A stretch of DNA of 63,876 nucleotides, the filler included, from Dehalococcoidia bacterium (GTDB lineage: Bacteria > Chloroflexota > Dehalococcoidia > DSTF01 > RBG-16-68-14): the NCBI GenBank assembly GCA_040882355.1. It is 3 parts of 3 records of this genome, joined end to end, with 100 filler letters (N's around TTAATTAATTAA, not from the genome) between each part and the next. Parts side by side here need not be neighbours in the genome. Positions count along the whole stretch, not along the records: positions 1 to 25,619 come from JBBEBM010000040.1; 2 more parts are not named here. One strand, given 5' to 3'. The position numbers and the translations under genes were made by a program. Below the pieces are notes generated by a model, which did no database searches, was not told the DNA's origin, and saw only the letters and a program-made list of their open reading frames with translations. This document shows positions 1-10,198 of the stretch, one piece after another (the first letter of the stretch is position 1; every line of letters starts with the position of its first letter).

Positions 1-850
1 CGTTGGGCGGCCGGCCGCCCCGCGCGACGCTCCAGGCGCCGGACGCGTCGCGCACCCAGCCGCTGGCGGCGATGATGCCGCCGTCCAGCGGCAGCGTTAC
101 ACCCGTCACGAACGACGACAGCGCCGACGCCAGGAAGACGAACGCGCCCGCAGCCTCGTCGGGCGTGGCCGCGCGGCCCATCGGGATGTGGCCCCATGGC
201 CAGCTCGACGGGCCGGCCTGCGCCATGCTCTGCACGATCCACTCCGTCGCGACGCCGTCCGGCGCGATGCAGTTGACGCGGATGTTGTGCGGCGCCAGCT
301 CCAGCGCGAGCGTCTTCGTCAGGGCAGTGATCGCCGCCTTGTACGCGCCGTACGCCGCGAAGCCGGGCGCGCCGCGCAGCCCCTCGCTGGAGCTGACGTT
401 GATGATGCTGCCGCCGCGCCCCTGCCGCACCATCGCCTTCCCCACCTCCGACGTGCAGAGGTAGACGGTCTTCAAGTTGAGCGCGTGCGACGCGTCCCAC
501 GACTCCTCGCTCGTCTCCAGGAACCGCAGCGGCGCGGGGTGGTCGCGGCCGGTGTAGATGCCGCCGACGTTGTTCACGAGGATGTCCACGGCCTCGAACT
601 CCGCGACGGCCCGCTCCACCATCGCGCGCACCTGGCTGGCGTCGCGCGCGTCGGTCTCGCTCGCGAGGGCGCTGCCACCGCGTGACCGGATCGTCTCGAC
701 CACCTCCGACAGGTAGGGCTCGCGTCGCTCGCAGACGACGACCTTCGCGCCGAAGTCGGCAAATGCGAGCGCGACGCCCTTGCCGATGCCGCGCCCGGCG
801 CCGGTGACGATCGCGACCCTATCAGTGAGCAGCGCGCGTGCGACCTCCAC
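1..850 (-). CDS. Short-chain dehydrogenase/reductase (SDR), runs off left edge
   Basis: Manual minus-strand translation from GTG 850: VAIVTGAGRGIG (Rossmann), VNNVGG, YGAYK (YxxxK), IRVNCIAPDGVAT; no stop before window edge. Confidence 0.9.
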   Translation of the reverse strand, partial: MEVARALLTDRVAIVTGAGRGIGKGVALAFADFGAKVVVCERREPYLSEVVETIRSRGGSALASETDARDASQVRAMVERAVAEFEAVDILVNNVGGIYTGRDHPAPLRFLETSEESWDASHALNLKTVYLCTSEVGKAMVRQGRGGSIINVSSSEGLRGAPGFAAYGAYKAAITALTKTLALELAPHNIRVNCIAPDGVATEWIVQSMAQAGPSSWPWGHIPMGRAATPDEAAGAFVFLASALSSFVTGVTLPLDGGIIAASGWVRDASGAWSVARGGRPPN

Positions 851-960
851 GATGGCTAGCACGATAGGGAGCGCGCGGGCGGGCGTCAAGCCGCGATGGC
901 GTGTAAGGGCGAGAGCGAAGGGTCCGGTCGCACCGGGCAACGAAATCGGCGCAACGCGCC

Positions 961-983
961 GAGGCTGAAAGCCTCGGCTACGG
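961..983 (-). repeat. GTAG-type REP-like palindrome
   Basis: Reverse complement ccGTAGccgaggctttcagcctc; same family as copies at 10174, 24949, 38717. Confidence 0.7.
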
Positions 984-1062
984 AGGAGAGAGCGTTGTCC
1001 AGGTCACCTGCGCTGCGCTACAACAGAGGCACGCCCGCAGGCATGCAGGCGCGAAAGGCCCG

Positions 1063-2223
1063 ATGGAACGCGCGATCCCCTCAGCACGAGACAAGCTGCT
1101 CTTCACGCCTGGCCCGCTGACCACGAGCCTCAGCGTGAAGCAGGCGATGCTGCACGACGCCGGCTCCTGGCATTTCGAGTTCACCGAGGTGGTGACGGGC
1201 ATCCGAAACCGGCTGCTGGCGCTCGCCGGCGTCTCGCAGGAACAGGGCTACGAGGCGGTGCTGATGCAGGGGAGCGGCACGTTCGGCGTTGAGGCGGCGA
1301 TCACGTCGAGCGTGCCGCGCGACGGCAAGCTACTCGTCGTGGCGAACGGCGCGTATGGCGAGCGAATCGCGCGGATCTGCGAAGCTGCGAGCATCGCGAC
1401 CGAGATCGTTCGCTACCCGGAGGACACGCCCGCCAGCGCCGCCGACGTCGACGCCGCGCTCGCCGCCGACGGATCGATCACGCACGCGATCGCCGTCCAC
1501 TGCGAGACGACGACCGGCATTCTCAACCCGATCGATGAGATCGGGCGCGCGGTGAAGGCGCGCGGGCGCACCTACATCGTCGACGCGATGAGCAGCTTCG
1601 CCGCGATGCGGATCCACGTGGCCGGCAGCGGCATCGACTACCTGATCTCGTCCGCGAACAAGTGCATCGAAGGCGTGCCCGGCTTCTCGTTCGTGCTGGC
1701 GCGCCGGGACGCGCTCCTGGCAAGCGAAGGCCTCGCGGGCGAGGGCCTCGCCCGCGAGGGGCACGCGCGCAGCTTCAGCCTCGACCTGCTCGGTCAGTGG
1801 CGCGGCTTCGAGAAGAACGGCCAGTTCCGCTTCACGCCGCCCACGCACGCGCTGCTCGCCTTCGCTCAGGCGCTCGACGAGCTCGAACGCGAGGGCGGCG
1901 TCGAAGGGCGGGGCGCTCGCTACCGCGCGAACCACACCGCGCTGATGGAGGGGATGGGCGCGCTCGGCTTCCGGCCCTACCTGAGGCCGGACGTCCAGAG
2001 CTACATCATCACGTCGTTCCACGAGCCGGAGCACCCGGCGTTCGACTTCCGCACGTTTTACCGCGGCCTGAGCGAACGGGGGATGATCATCTACCCGGGC
2101 AAGCTGACGGAGGTGCCCACCTTCCGCATCGGCACCATCGGGAGGCTCTTCCCGGCCGACATCCGCCAGTTGCTCGTCGCGATCGAGGACACGATGCGCG
2201 AGATGGGGTGCCTCGATGGCTGA
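1063..2223 (+). CDS. phnW: 2-aminoethylphosphonate:pyruvate transaminase
   Basis: LLFTPGPLTTS, QGSGTFGVEA, HCETTTG, DAMSSF, SSANKCIEGVPG, QFRFTPPTH, IIYPGK; adjacent to phnX. Confidence 0.95.
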   Translation: MERAIPSARDKLLFTPGPLTTSLSVKQAMLHDAGSWHFEFTEVVTGIRNRLLALAGVSQEQGYEAVLMQGSGTFGVEAAITSSVPRDGKLLVVANGAYGERIARICEAASIATEIVRYPEDTPASAADVDAALAADGSITHAIAVHCETTTGILNPIDEIGRAVKARGRTYIVDAMSSFAAMRIHVAGSGIDYLISSANKCIEGVPGFSFVLARRDALLASEGLAGEGLAREGHARSFSLDLLGQWRGFEKNGQFRFTPPTHALLAFAQALDELEREGGVEGRGARYRANHTALMEGMGALGFRPYLRPDVQSYIITSFHEPEHPAFDFRTFYRGLSERGMIIYPGKLTEVPTFRIGTIGRLFPADIRQLLVAIEDTMREMGCLDG

Positions 2224-3058
2224 GCCGGGCAGCGCCCGCGTCGAGCGGCCGTATCGCGGGCCGCTGCGAGCCGTCATCCTCGATTGGGCGGGAACGGTCG
2301 TCGACTACGGGTCGCGCGCGCCGGCCGCCGTCTTCATCGAGCTCTTCGCGCAGCACGGCGTGACGGTGACGATGGCGGAGGCGCGCGCGCCAATGGGCAC
2401 CCACAAGCGCGCGCACCTGACGGCGATCCTCCAGTCGCCGGGCGTGGCGAAGCGCTGGCTGGAGGCGCGCGGCTCGCCCCCGAACGAAGGCGACATCGAT
2501 GCGCTCTACGACGAGTTCGTGCCGCTGCAGGTGGCGTCGCTGCCGCGCTATGCCGGGCTGATTCCCGGCATGGTCGACGCCGCGGCCGCCTTCCGCCGTC
2601 GCGGGCTGAAGATCGGCATGACGACCGGCTACAACCGCGAGATGGTCGACGTGCTGATCGACGAAGCGAAGCGCCAGGGCTTCGAGCCGGACTGCGCCGT
2701 CGCCGCCGACGAGGTGCCCGCCGGGCGGCCGCAGCCGTTCATGTGCTATCGAAACGCCATCGAGCTGCAGGCCTACCCGCTGGAGGCGTGCGTGAAGATC
2801 GGCGACACCGTGCCCGACATCGACGAGGGGCTCAACGCCGGCATGTGGACCGTCGGCCTCACGAAGACCGGCAACGAGATCGGCCTGACGGAGGAAGAGG
2901 TCGCGGCGCTGCCATCTGACGTCCTCACGGAGCGGCTCGCGGCCATTCGCGAGAGATTCGTCGCAGCGGGCGCCCACTACACCATCGAAGGCATCGCTGG
3001 CGTGCCGGGACTGCTGGACGAGATCGAAGCGCGCCTCTCGCGGGGCGAGCGCCCGTAA
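2216..3058 (+). CDS. phnX: Phosphonoacetaldehyde hydrolase (phosphonatase, HAD family)
   Basis: DWAGTVVDYGS, AR(A)PMG..K, TTGY, GRPQP, KIGDT..DIDEGLNAGMW; overlaps phnW stop. Confidence 0.95.
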   Translation: MAEPGSARVERPYRGPLRAVILDWAGTVVDYGSRAPAAVFIELFAQHGVTVTMAEARAPMGTHKRAHLTAILQSPGVAKRWLEARGSPPNEGDIDALYDEFVPLQVASLPRYAGLIPGMVDAAAAFRRRGLKIGMTTGYNREMVDVLIDEAKRQGFEPDCAVAADEVPAGRPQPFMCYRNAIELQAYPLEACVKIGDTVPDIDEGLNAGMWTVGLTKTGNEIGLTEEEVAALPSDVLTERLAAIRERFVAAGAHYTIEGIAGVPGLLDEIEARLSRGERP

Positions 3059-3066
3059 CACGCGCC

Positions 3067-3969
3067 ATGTACGTCGACTCCCACGTCCACCTGCAGCCGC
3101 ACGGCGAAGCGCCGCCGATGACGCGCGAGCGCATCGAGCTCTACGTGAACGCCGCGCGCGCGAACGGCGTCGAGCGCATCGCAATCACGGAGCACCTCTT
3201 CCGCTTCCAGGAGGCGTTTGACCTGCTCGCAGGCTGGTGGGACGCCGACGACTCGGACCCGGCGCTCTCGAAGATGTCCGAGGAGTACTGGCGCGACCAC
3301 GTCTCCGGCAGCGTCGCCGACTACGTACGTCTGATCGAGGACGCGAAATCGGCCGGACTGCCGGTGCTGCTCGGCCTCGAGCTCGACTGGATCGCAGGCC
3401 GGGCCGACGAGCTACGCCGGTTCCTCGCGCCATACGACTGGGACGTCGTGCTCGGCTCCGTCCACTGGATCGGCGCGTTCGGCTTCGACCACCTAACCGA
3501 CCCGCTCATCGTCGCGGAGTGGGAGCGGCGCGACATCGACACCATCTTCGCCGACTACGCCGCGCTGCTGCGTGACCTCGCGGCGAGCGGACTCTGCGAC
3601 GTGCTCGCCCACCCCGACCTGCCTAAGCTCGCCGGACACCGGCCGACCAGCTTCACGCCGCTGCACGAGGCGATCGTCGAGGCGGCGGCGGACGGCGAGT
3701 GCTCCGTCGAGGTAAACGCGAACGGCTATCGAAAGGTCGTCGCCGAGCCGTACCCGGCGCTACCCGTGCTCGAGCGGGCGCGCGCCGCCGGCCTGCCGAT
3801 CACGCTCGCGTCCGACGCGCACCACCCGGAGCGCGTCGGCCAGCGTTTCGACGACATCGCCGCGTTCGCCGCGCGGGCCGGCTACCAGGAGTTCGTGTCG
3901 TACGAGGCGCGGCAGCCCATCGCGCACGAGCTGCCGGTCGCCTCGCGTTCGGAGAGAGGAGCCGACTAA
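3067..3969 (+). CDS. PHP-family phosphatase (HisJ/histidinol-phosphatase-like)
   Basis: DSHVHL, ITEH, GLELD, LGSVH, AHPDL, ASDAH metal-binding motifs. Confidence 0.85.
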   Translation: MYVDSHVHLQPHGEAPPMTRERIELYVNAARANGVERIAITEHLFRFQEAFDLLAGWWDADDSDPALSKMSEEYWRDHVSGSVADYVRLIEDAKSAGLPVLLGLELDWIAGRADELRRFLAPYDWDVVLGSVHWIGAFGFDHLTDPLIVAEWERRDIDTIFADYAALLRDLAASGLCDVLAHPDLPKLAGHRPTSFTPLHEAIVEAAADGECSVEVNANGYRKVVAEPYPALPVLERARAAGLPITLASDAHHPERVGQRFDDIAAFAARAGYQEFVSYEARQPIAHELPVASRSERGAD

Positions 3970-4724
3970 TGGCCGAAGTCACCGTCGCCACGCTAAACCT
4001 GTTCAACAAAGTGGGCCGCTGGGGCGAGCGGTTGCCGCTCGTCGTCGACCAGTTCGTGGCGCTCGCGCCGGACGTGATCGCGCTGCAGGAGATCGACCTC
4101 TCGATCGACCAGGGCATGGCGCTCTGCCGCCTCGTCAACAGCCGCACCAGCGAAGGGCCGCGCTACCGCGTCTTCCACATGGGCCGGCCGGGCCGCGCGG
4201 CCCACCAGCAGGCGCTCGCGGTGATCGCGCGGCTGCCGGTGGAGGCCCACGAGGGGCTCGACTTCCTCACCTTCGAGGGCGTCGCGCACAGGCTGCGCCT
4301 GCGCCTGGCTGGCGGGGCGCTGCTCGACTTCTACAACACGCACCTCTACTTCCCGCCCGACGCCAGGGACGAGCGCGCCGCCCAGGCGCAGAAGCTCGTC
4401 GAATGGACGGAGACGTGGCAGGGCGCGGGCGGCGTCGTGGTGGCGGGCGACTTCAACGCCTACCCCGGCGAGCCCGCGCTCGACGTGATGAAGTCGCGCT
4501 TCGCATCGGCGCACGAAGCGGCAAACGGCGTCGAGCCGGAGAAGACCTGGCCGACGCCCGTCAACACCTACGATCCGTCGCCGCCCGGCTGCCTCGACTA
4601 CATCTTCGTGGCCGGCGCCCAGGTGCTCTCGGCCTCGCTCGCATTCGACACGCCACACGCGCTCGACAACACCCTCTTCCCCTCCGACCACCTGGGCGTG
4701 CAGGCGCGGCTGGCCGTGACGTAG
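3969..4724 (+). CDS. Endonuclease/exonuclease/phosphatase (EEP) family protein
   Basis: ATG overlaps upstream TAA (TAATG); ATLNL, DVIALQE, NTHL, GDFN, LDYIF, PSDH motifs. Confidence 0.9.
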   Translation: MAEVTVATLNLFNKVGRWGERLPLVVDQFVALAPDVIALQEIDLSIDQGMALCRLVNSRTSEGPRYRVFHMGRPGRAAHQQALAVIARLPVEAHEGLDFLTFEGVAHRLRLRLAGGALLDFYNTHLYFPPDARDERAAQAQKLVEWTETWQGAGGVVVAGDFNAYPGEPALDVMKSRFASAHEAANGVEPEKTWPTPVNTYDPSPPGCLDYIFVAGAQVLSASLAFDTPHALDNTLFPSDHLGVQARLAVT

Positions 4725-4803
4725 CCGGCGAGGACGGCCGCTCCCGCAGCGGCTCCCTCAGCCAGCCGGCGTGCTACAATACGGCCCCCGCAGGCGTTGC
4801 ACC

Positions 4804-5883
4804 ATGATAGTGAGAACGCTCGCGTTTGTCTCGCTGGCTGCCTTTGTCTTGTGCCTGCTGGCTCGCGCCGGACCGGGCCGAGCCGCCTTCCCGGGCGAGA
4901 ACGGGAAGATCGCGTTTACCTCCAGCCGCGATGGCAACTCGGAGGTCTACGTCATGAACCTCGATGGCAGCGGGCAGACTCGCCTCACCACGAATGCGGC
5001 CTCGGACAGCCGGCCGGCCTGGTCGGCGGACGGGACGCAGATCGCCTTCGTCAGCGACCGCGACGGCAACGAAGAGGTCTACGTCATGAATGCCGATGGC
5101 AGCGCCCAAACGCGCCTGACCGTCAACGCCGCATCCGACAGCGATCCCGCGTGGTCGCCTGACGGCGCGGCGATCGCGTTCGTTCGTGACGGCGACATCT
5201 TCGTCATGGACAGCTCCGGCGGCGGCCCCGAACTCCCGCTAACGAGCGGCCCGGCTGCGGATGCGCGCCCCGCGTGGTCGCCGAACGGAGCGAAGATCGC
5301 GTTCTCCAGCAACCTGGAGGGATCGCGCCACATCTTCCTGATGAACGCCAGCGGGAGCGGTCAGGCGCGACTGACCGCCAGTCCCGACTTCGAGGATGAC
5401 CCCAACTGGTCGCCCGACGGAGCGCAGATCGTCTTCCGCGGCGGCGGGGAGCACTTCGACGTCCACGTCGTTGACGTCGACGGCAGCGACGACGTCAACC
5501 TGACGAACAGCGCGGGCTTGGACACAGAGCCGGCCTGGTCTCCGGACGGCTCGCGCATCGTCTTCCACAGCGATCTCGAGATCTGGGTCATGAGCGCCAA
5601 CGGCTCAGGACAGACAAACCTCTCGCAGGACCCGGCCGCCGATCTCTTCCCCGACTGGCGACCGTTGGTACCGCCCACGCCCACGCCGTGCCCGCCCCAA
5701 GGTTGCAGCGTCGGCGGCGTCGCGCGGCTCCCTGAGGTGAGGCAGGCGCCGCAACTCGACCGGCGCAGCTCCGGAGGGATCGAAGGGACCCTGACCGTGG
5801 TCGCCCTGGGGGTGACGGCTACGGGCGCCCTCGCCGTGGGCGGCGCGGCCTGGTACGCGAAGAGGAGCCAGCGAACCCGCTGA
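4804..5883 (+). CDS. Secreted TolB-like PD40-repeat beta-propeller protein with C-terminal membrane anchor
   Basis: Signal peptide, repeated PAWSPDG..IAF units, Pro-rich linker, SVGG motif, TM helix and basic tail. Confidence 0.9.
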   Translation: MIVRTLAFVSLAAFVLCLLARAGPGRAAFPGENGKIAFTSSRDGNSEVYVMNLDGSGQTRLTTNAASDSRPAWSADGTQIAFVSDRDGNEEVYVMNADGSAQTRLTVNAASDSDPAWSPDGAAIAFVRDGDIFVMDSSGGGPELPLTSGPAADARPAWSPNGAKIAFSSNLEGSRHIFLMNASGSGQARLTASPDFEDDPNWSPDGAQIVFRGGGEHFDVHVVDVDGSDDVNLTNSAGLDTEPAWSPDGSRIVFHSDLEIWVMSANGSGQTNLSQDPAADLFPDWRPLVPPTPTPCPPQGCSVGGVARLPEVRQAPQLDRRSSGGIEGTLTVVALGVTATGALAVGGAAWYAKRSQRTR

Positions 5884-5990
5884 CGCACGACAGCCTTGCA
5901 CCAGCGACAGACCGCACCACCAAGCCTTCCCGGCGAACCCGCCGCGCGCCAGGCGCTCGCCTGAACGCCCGGCTGCTGTCGATTCTCGCG

Positions 5991-7439
5991 CTAGGGTTCG
6001 TCGACGGCGCAGGCGATCTGCCGGTCGCCCGCTGCCCAGGTGCTGGAGGTCGGATAGAGGTAGTACGTCGTCTCCAGCGGGCAGTTCTGGAAGGCGTAGT
6101 CGTCGGCAGCCTGCTCGCCGGGATACTCCGACCCGTCGTCGTCGGGCATCTCGAATACCGCCACGATCTCAGCGTCGTGCGGGCTCGGGCAGGCCGTACG
6201 CTGGTAGCCCTCGCCTACGTACAGGATGCAGTCGCCGACGGCCACGATCTGACCGGCCAGCTCACCTTCGAAGCGTTGCAGGCAGCCGTCTTCCACGCTG
6301 CCCCGGTCCACGTCCTCCTCCGCGGCCCATGTCGTGACCACTTCCGCGAACCCCGCGCAATACCCGGCCACGTCTGAATCGCCGCAGAACTGCTCTATCT
6401 CCGCCCTGATGTCGTCCAGCGCCGCCTGGAAGTCGGACAGCCCGATCACGGACTGGAGGGATTGCGCGCTGTTGACCGCGGTCTCATCGATCCAGTCCGG
6501 CGAGCATCGGCCATAGAGCGAATCGATCTCGGCCTGTCGTTGGGCCTGCAGAACGTAGGCGTCGCTCGCGCCCGAGATGAGGTCGTCAAGGCGATCGTTT
6601 GCGCTTCGCCCGACAGCGAGCCCTATCGCGGCGCCACCGACGAGGCCAACGAGGAGGCACGCCATCACACCACCCGCAGCCAGTGGGACGACCCGCTGGT
6701 ACCACCGGCGCGCGGGCCGTCCCCAGGCGACGTTGGCGACGACAACCGAGCGTGCCGCCTTGTCATGCCACGCCTGCTTCTTGGCGTCCCAGATGCACCA
6801 GAGCCAGCCCAGATAGAGAGGCAGCGCGCCGAGAGTCCAGATGAAGAGGCGCAGAAAGCCGCGGCCCAGACCGAGGTCGCCGCCGTGCCGCGAGTCGACG
6901 ACCAGCATGCCCACCAGGCGCTTTCCAGGCGTTCCTCCCCAGGAGTTACCGAACCAGAAGTATGCGAACGTCAGAGACGTCGCTGCGATGATACCCAGGA
7001 TGGCCGCGGCTCCGACCGCCGCGTCCTCGTCCTCTTGAAAGGCGAAGTCGCCGAACAGGAAGGCCACAACCGACGCGACGACGATGATCGCGACAGCGGC
7101 GCCAAAGGTGATGACCCCAGACAGGATGTAGTCGATGATGTACGCGCCGCAGCGAGGCCAGAAATCGATGTAGTCGGAGGGCGGAGAAATCGACGACGGC
7201 GCTACGACCGCCTGCTCCTCGTTCGAGAGGACACGCCCTGTCTGGGCGGACACCGGCGGGCCGGCGGGCTCCGGGACGGGTGTCGATAAGGCCGCAACGG
7301 GCGCGCCTGGGACCAAAGGCGGCTGCGCTTCGCCCGGCGGCTGCGGACGTTGGTTCGCGTGCTCAGGGCAGCGGTTCACCCCGAAGACCCGCTCTGCCTC
7401 AGACAGCGGACGACCGCAGACTTCGCACGCTTCAGCCAC
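5991..7439 (-). CDS. RDD-family membrane protein with N-terminal Zn-ribbon and C-terminal Cys-rich extracellular domain
   Basis: CEVC..C..H; R.GAYIIDY, G.TPGKRLVG, QAWHDKAARSVVV; C-terminal VGDC..C..PHDAEI..C..W..GDRQIAC resembles septum-formation-type domain. Confidence 0.8.
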   Translation of the reverse strand: MAEACEVCGRPLSEAERVFGVNRCPEHANQRPQPPGEAQPPLVPGAPVAALSTPVPEPAGPPVSAQTGRVLSNEEQAVVAPSSISPPSDYIDFWPRCGAYIIDYILSGVITFGAAVAIIVVASVVAFLFGDFAFQEDEDAAVGAAAILGIIAATSLTFAYFWFGNSWGGTPGKRLVGMLVVDSRHGGDLGLGRGFLRLFIWTLGALPLYLGWLWCIWDAKKQAWHDKAARSVVVANVAWGRPARRWYQRVVPLAAGGVMACLLVGLVGGAAIGLAVGRSANDRLDDLISGASDAYVLQAQRQAEIDSLYGRCSPDWIDETAVNSAQSLQSVIGLSDFQAALDDIRAEIEQFCGDSDVAGYCAGFAEVVTTWAAEEDVDRGSVEDGCLQRFEGELAGQIVAVGDCILYVGEGYQRTACPSPHDAEIVAVFEMPDDDGSEYPGEQAADDYAFQNCPLETTYYLYPTSSTWAAGDRQIACAVDEP

Positions 7440-7727
7440 GACGCCACCTCACCACGAGAGTAGTTGGCATACTGTAGGACGCCGAAGGTCGCTCTGTCAA
7501 CGACGAAACGACTGCGAAGTCTCACGACGCTTGCCCGCTGTCAAGCCGGAAGAGTAGAGTAGGGCGGGGGCGCGATGGCATCGGGTGTGGCCAAGGACGG
7601 CCTGTTCCCTGGCGACCACGCGCCCCCGCCCTTCTGGGGGGAGTATCTCCACCGTAGCGCAGACGGGCACGCGGTTGAATGGCGAATGTTTGCTACGGCT
7701 GCGAAGCGCCCGAGTGACGCGAGCGGC

Positions 7728-8393
7728 CTAGATGATCGCTTCCCTGACCGCCTTCACGCTCGCCTGCGTGCGGGAGACCGCCCGCATCTTGCGCCGGATG
7801 CTCGCCACGTGGTTTCGCGCTGTCAGCACGCTGATCGCCAGCCGCTGCGCGATCTCCTTGTCGGTCACGCCGATGGTGACGAGGCGCAGCACCGCCAGCT
7901 CGCGCTCCGTGAGGCCGTAGCGGACTCTCGATGGGCGGGACGCGGGACGGCGCGGCGGCTGGGCAGTGATGTCGCGCACGATCGCCAGCACGTCGTCGGG
8001 GCCCAGGGGAACGATTCGAGCTTCGTAGTCGTGGGAGCCGTCGGGCATCGGGAGCTGGTAGTCGTACGTCTGGGTTTCGCCGCTTGTGAGGGCATGCCCG
8101 ATGAACGACATCACGTCGCCGGCGATGCCGCGCGGCAGCACTTCGGGGACGGTCCTGCCCAGAAACTCGTCCGGCGGGACGAACGGTTGGAGCTGCTTCG
8201 ACGGCTTGAAGTCCAGGTACCGCCCCTCACGATCGAGGCGGAACAGCATGTCCGGCAGCGCGTCAAGGAAGAGGTCGCTGGCGTTCCGCCGATTCGCCGA
8301 AGCGCCCCTCCGCCGGGCCGGCGCCTCCGAGCCATGCGGAGGACCCGACGCCAGCTTCCTTCCTGCAGCGAGACCAGACCGTGCCACGCTCAT
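7728..8393 (-). CDS. PAS domain + LuxR-type HTH transcriptional regulator
   Basis: LDALPDMLFRLDREGRYLD (PAS) followed by LTERELAVLRLV..G.TDKEIA..L.IS..T..NHV..IRRK; start uncertain. Confidence 0.85.
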   Translation of the reverse strand: MSVARSGLAAGRKLASGPPHGSEAPARRRGASANRRNASDLFLDALPDMLFRLDREGRYLDFKPSKQLQPFVPPDEFLGRTVPEVLPRGIAGDVMSFIGHALTSGETQTYDYQLPMPDGSHDYEARIVPLGPDDVLAIVRDITAQPPRRPASRPSRVRYGLTERELAVLRLVTIGVTDKEIAQRLAISVLTARNHVASIRRKMRAVSRTQASVKAVREAII

Positions 8394-8947
8394 CTCCTGC
8401 GCCACGCTTGCGGCGCAAGGAAAAGTATAGCAGGCCGGCGAACCCCGCTCGCTTCGAAGACAGGCCATTCGGCTCTAGCAGCGGACGGGCACGTCGGCGA
8501 CAATAGACTTGGAAACGGGGCAGGACAGGCAACGAACGTGGTCGCGCCCCACAAGAGGCCTCGACTCCCCAGCAGGGGAGACAGGCAGCACCAGGAGGAG
8601 GAAGTCACCCCTAGCGACCACGCGACAGCCGGAGCGACCTGCCCCGCCGACCGAGCCGCGGACCGCCAAGTCTGCGGCTTCCTCTTGCTTGCGCCACCGC
8701 CGGCTCCTTGGGCCTCGCGCGCGCATCCGTAGGCGAGGCCTTCCAGCCTCGCCTCGCCACGATTGCCGGTAGCCGTACGATCGATGTCCGCGCACGCCGC
8801 CAGCCCCGGCTGCCGCCCCCGGCCCGAAGAGACGCACACCCATTGGCGCCGTCCGGCGAGCCCTTCGTGAGCAGCTTCACATTGACACGCCAACCATGCC
8901 GCTGTTACGCTGGCGCTACATCACACTGCCCCGCCAGATAGGAAGCG

Positions 8948-10024
8948 ATGCCACCGAAGCGTGCGTTCTTGCCCTTGGTGGGGCTTTTCGTGGCCGCGCT
9001 GGCGTGCGTGTCTTCCGGTTGGTCCCACACCGCTGAGGGCGCCTTCCCCGGAACGAGCGGCCGCATCGCCTTCTCCAGCACGCGTGACGGCGACGAGGAG
9101 ATCTACTTAATCGACGCGGAAGGCGGCAATCCGCTGCAGCTCACCAGCAACAGCGTAATCGACTCGCGCCCCGCGTGGTCCCCCGACGGCCAGACGATCG
9201 CATTCGACAGCGACCGAGACGACCCCCTCCTCGACGTCTACTCGATGAACGCGACCGGCGGCGACCAGAGCAGGATCGTCGCGGGCACAGCGGAGGACTG
9301 GGAGCCGGGCTGGTCGCCGGACGGAGCCAGGCTCTCCTTCCAGAGTACCCGCGACGGCGGCGACTATGAGGTATACGTGGCCGGCAGCGACGGCTCCAAC
9401 CCGACGCGTCTCACCACAACACCCGGCATCGACCGCCACGCGGTCTGGTCGCCCGACGGCACGAAGATCGCGTTTCGGAGTGCGCGCGACAGCGGCGACG
9501 GCGAGGTGTACGTCATGAACTCGGACGGCTCCGACCAGACCAACCTCTCGAACACTCCCGGCTTTGACAGCCGCCCCGCCTGGTCTCCGGACGGGACGAA
9601 GATCGCGTTCAACAGCGCCCGCAGTGGCAATGCGGAGATCTACGTGATGAACCCGGACGGCTCGAACCAGACCCGGCTGACCTTCAGTCCAGGTGCTGAT
9701 GACACGGCCGCGTGGTCGCCGGACGGGAGCAAGATCGCATTCGTCAGCGTTCGGGACGGGAACGCCGAGATCTACGTGATGAGCGCGGACGGCTCCGGTC
9801 AGACCAACATCACGAACGACCCGGCCGAGGACACGTGGCCCGACTGGCAGCCCATCGTCAGCGTGGGCGGCTTCGCCAGGCCGCCGGACACGGGGGCGCG
9901 AGCGCTGCCGGCCGCGCAGCCCCGGGGGCGCAGTGGGAGCGGCGCGGCCGCTGCGGCCCTGGGCGGAGCCTGCATCGTGGCGACGATCGCCATCGGCTGG
10001 GGCCTGCGCAGGCGCCACAGGTAG
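8948..10024 (+). CDS. Second secreted TolB-like PD40-repeat protein with C-terminal membrane anchor
   Basis: Signal peptide, AFPG..GRIAF, WSPDG repeats, SVGG motif, TM and RRRHR tail; paralog of 4804-5883. Confidence 0.9.
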   Translation: MPPKRAFLPLVGLFVAALACVSSGWSHTAEGAFPGTSGRIAFSSTRDGDEEIYLIDAEGGNPLQLTSNSVIDSRPAWSPDGQTIAFDSDRDDPLLDVYSMNATGGDQSRIVAGTAEDWEPGWSPDGARLSFQSTRDGGDYEVYVAGSDGSNPTRLTTTPGIDRHAVWSPDGTKIAFRSARDSGDGEVYVMNSDGSDQTNLSNTPGFDSRPAWSPDGTKIAFNSARSGNAEIYVMNPDGSNQTRLTFSPGADDTAAWSPDGSKIAFVSVRDGNAEIYVMSADGSGQTNITNDPAEDTWPDWQPIVSVGGFARPPDTGARALPAAQPRGRSGSGAAAAALGGACIVATIAIGWGLRRRHR

Positions 10025-10120
10025 AGGTCCGGGGCTGTCGCGCCGCCCCAGAGTGGGGGCGCCCCTGCGGGTTGTCGCCGCAGGCGACTCGGCCTGGCGA
10101 GAACTGCGTAGGTTCTCCAG

Positions 10121-10198
10121 AAGCTGCGGGATTCATCCCGCAGAATTGTTGCCCGTCGCCACGATGGCCGGCGCCGGGGCTGGAAAGCCCCGGCTACG
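10121..10198. repeat. Two REP-like hairpins
   Basis: aagctgcgggattcatcccgcag (recurs near 59305, 59498, 59691) and ccggggctggaaagccccggCTACg, whose GTAG supplies the TAG stop of the radical SAM gene. Confidence 0.7.

Noticed and set aside
8475..8893. Short ORFs between the LuxR gene and the second TolB-like gene
   Set aside because: No recognisable motif or convincing RBS; cannot choose among overlapping frames
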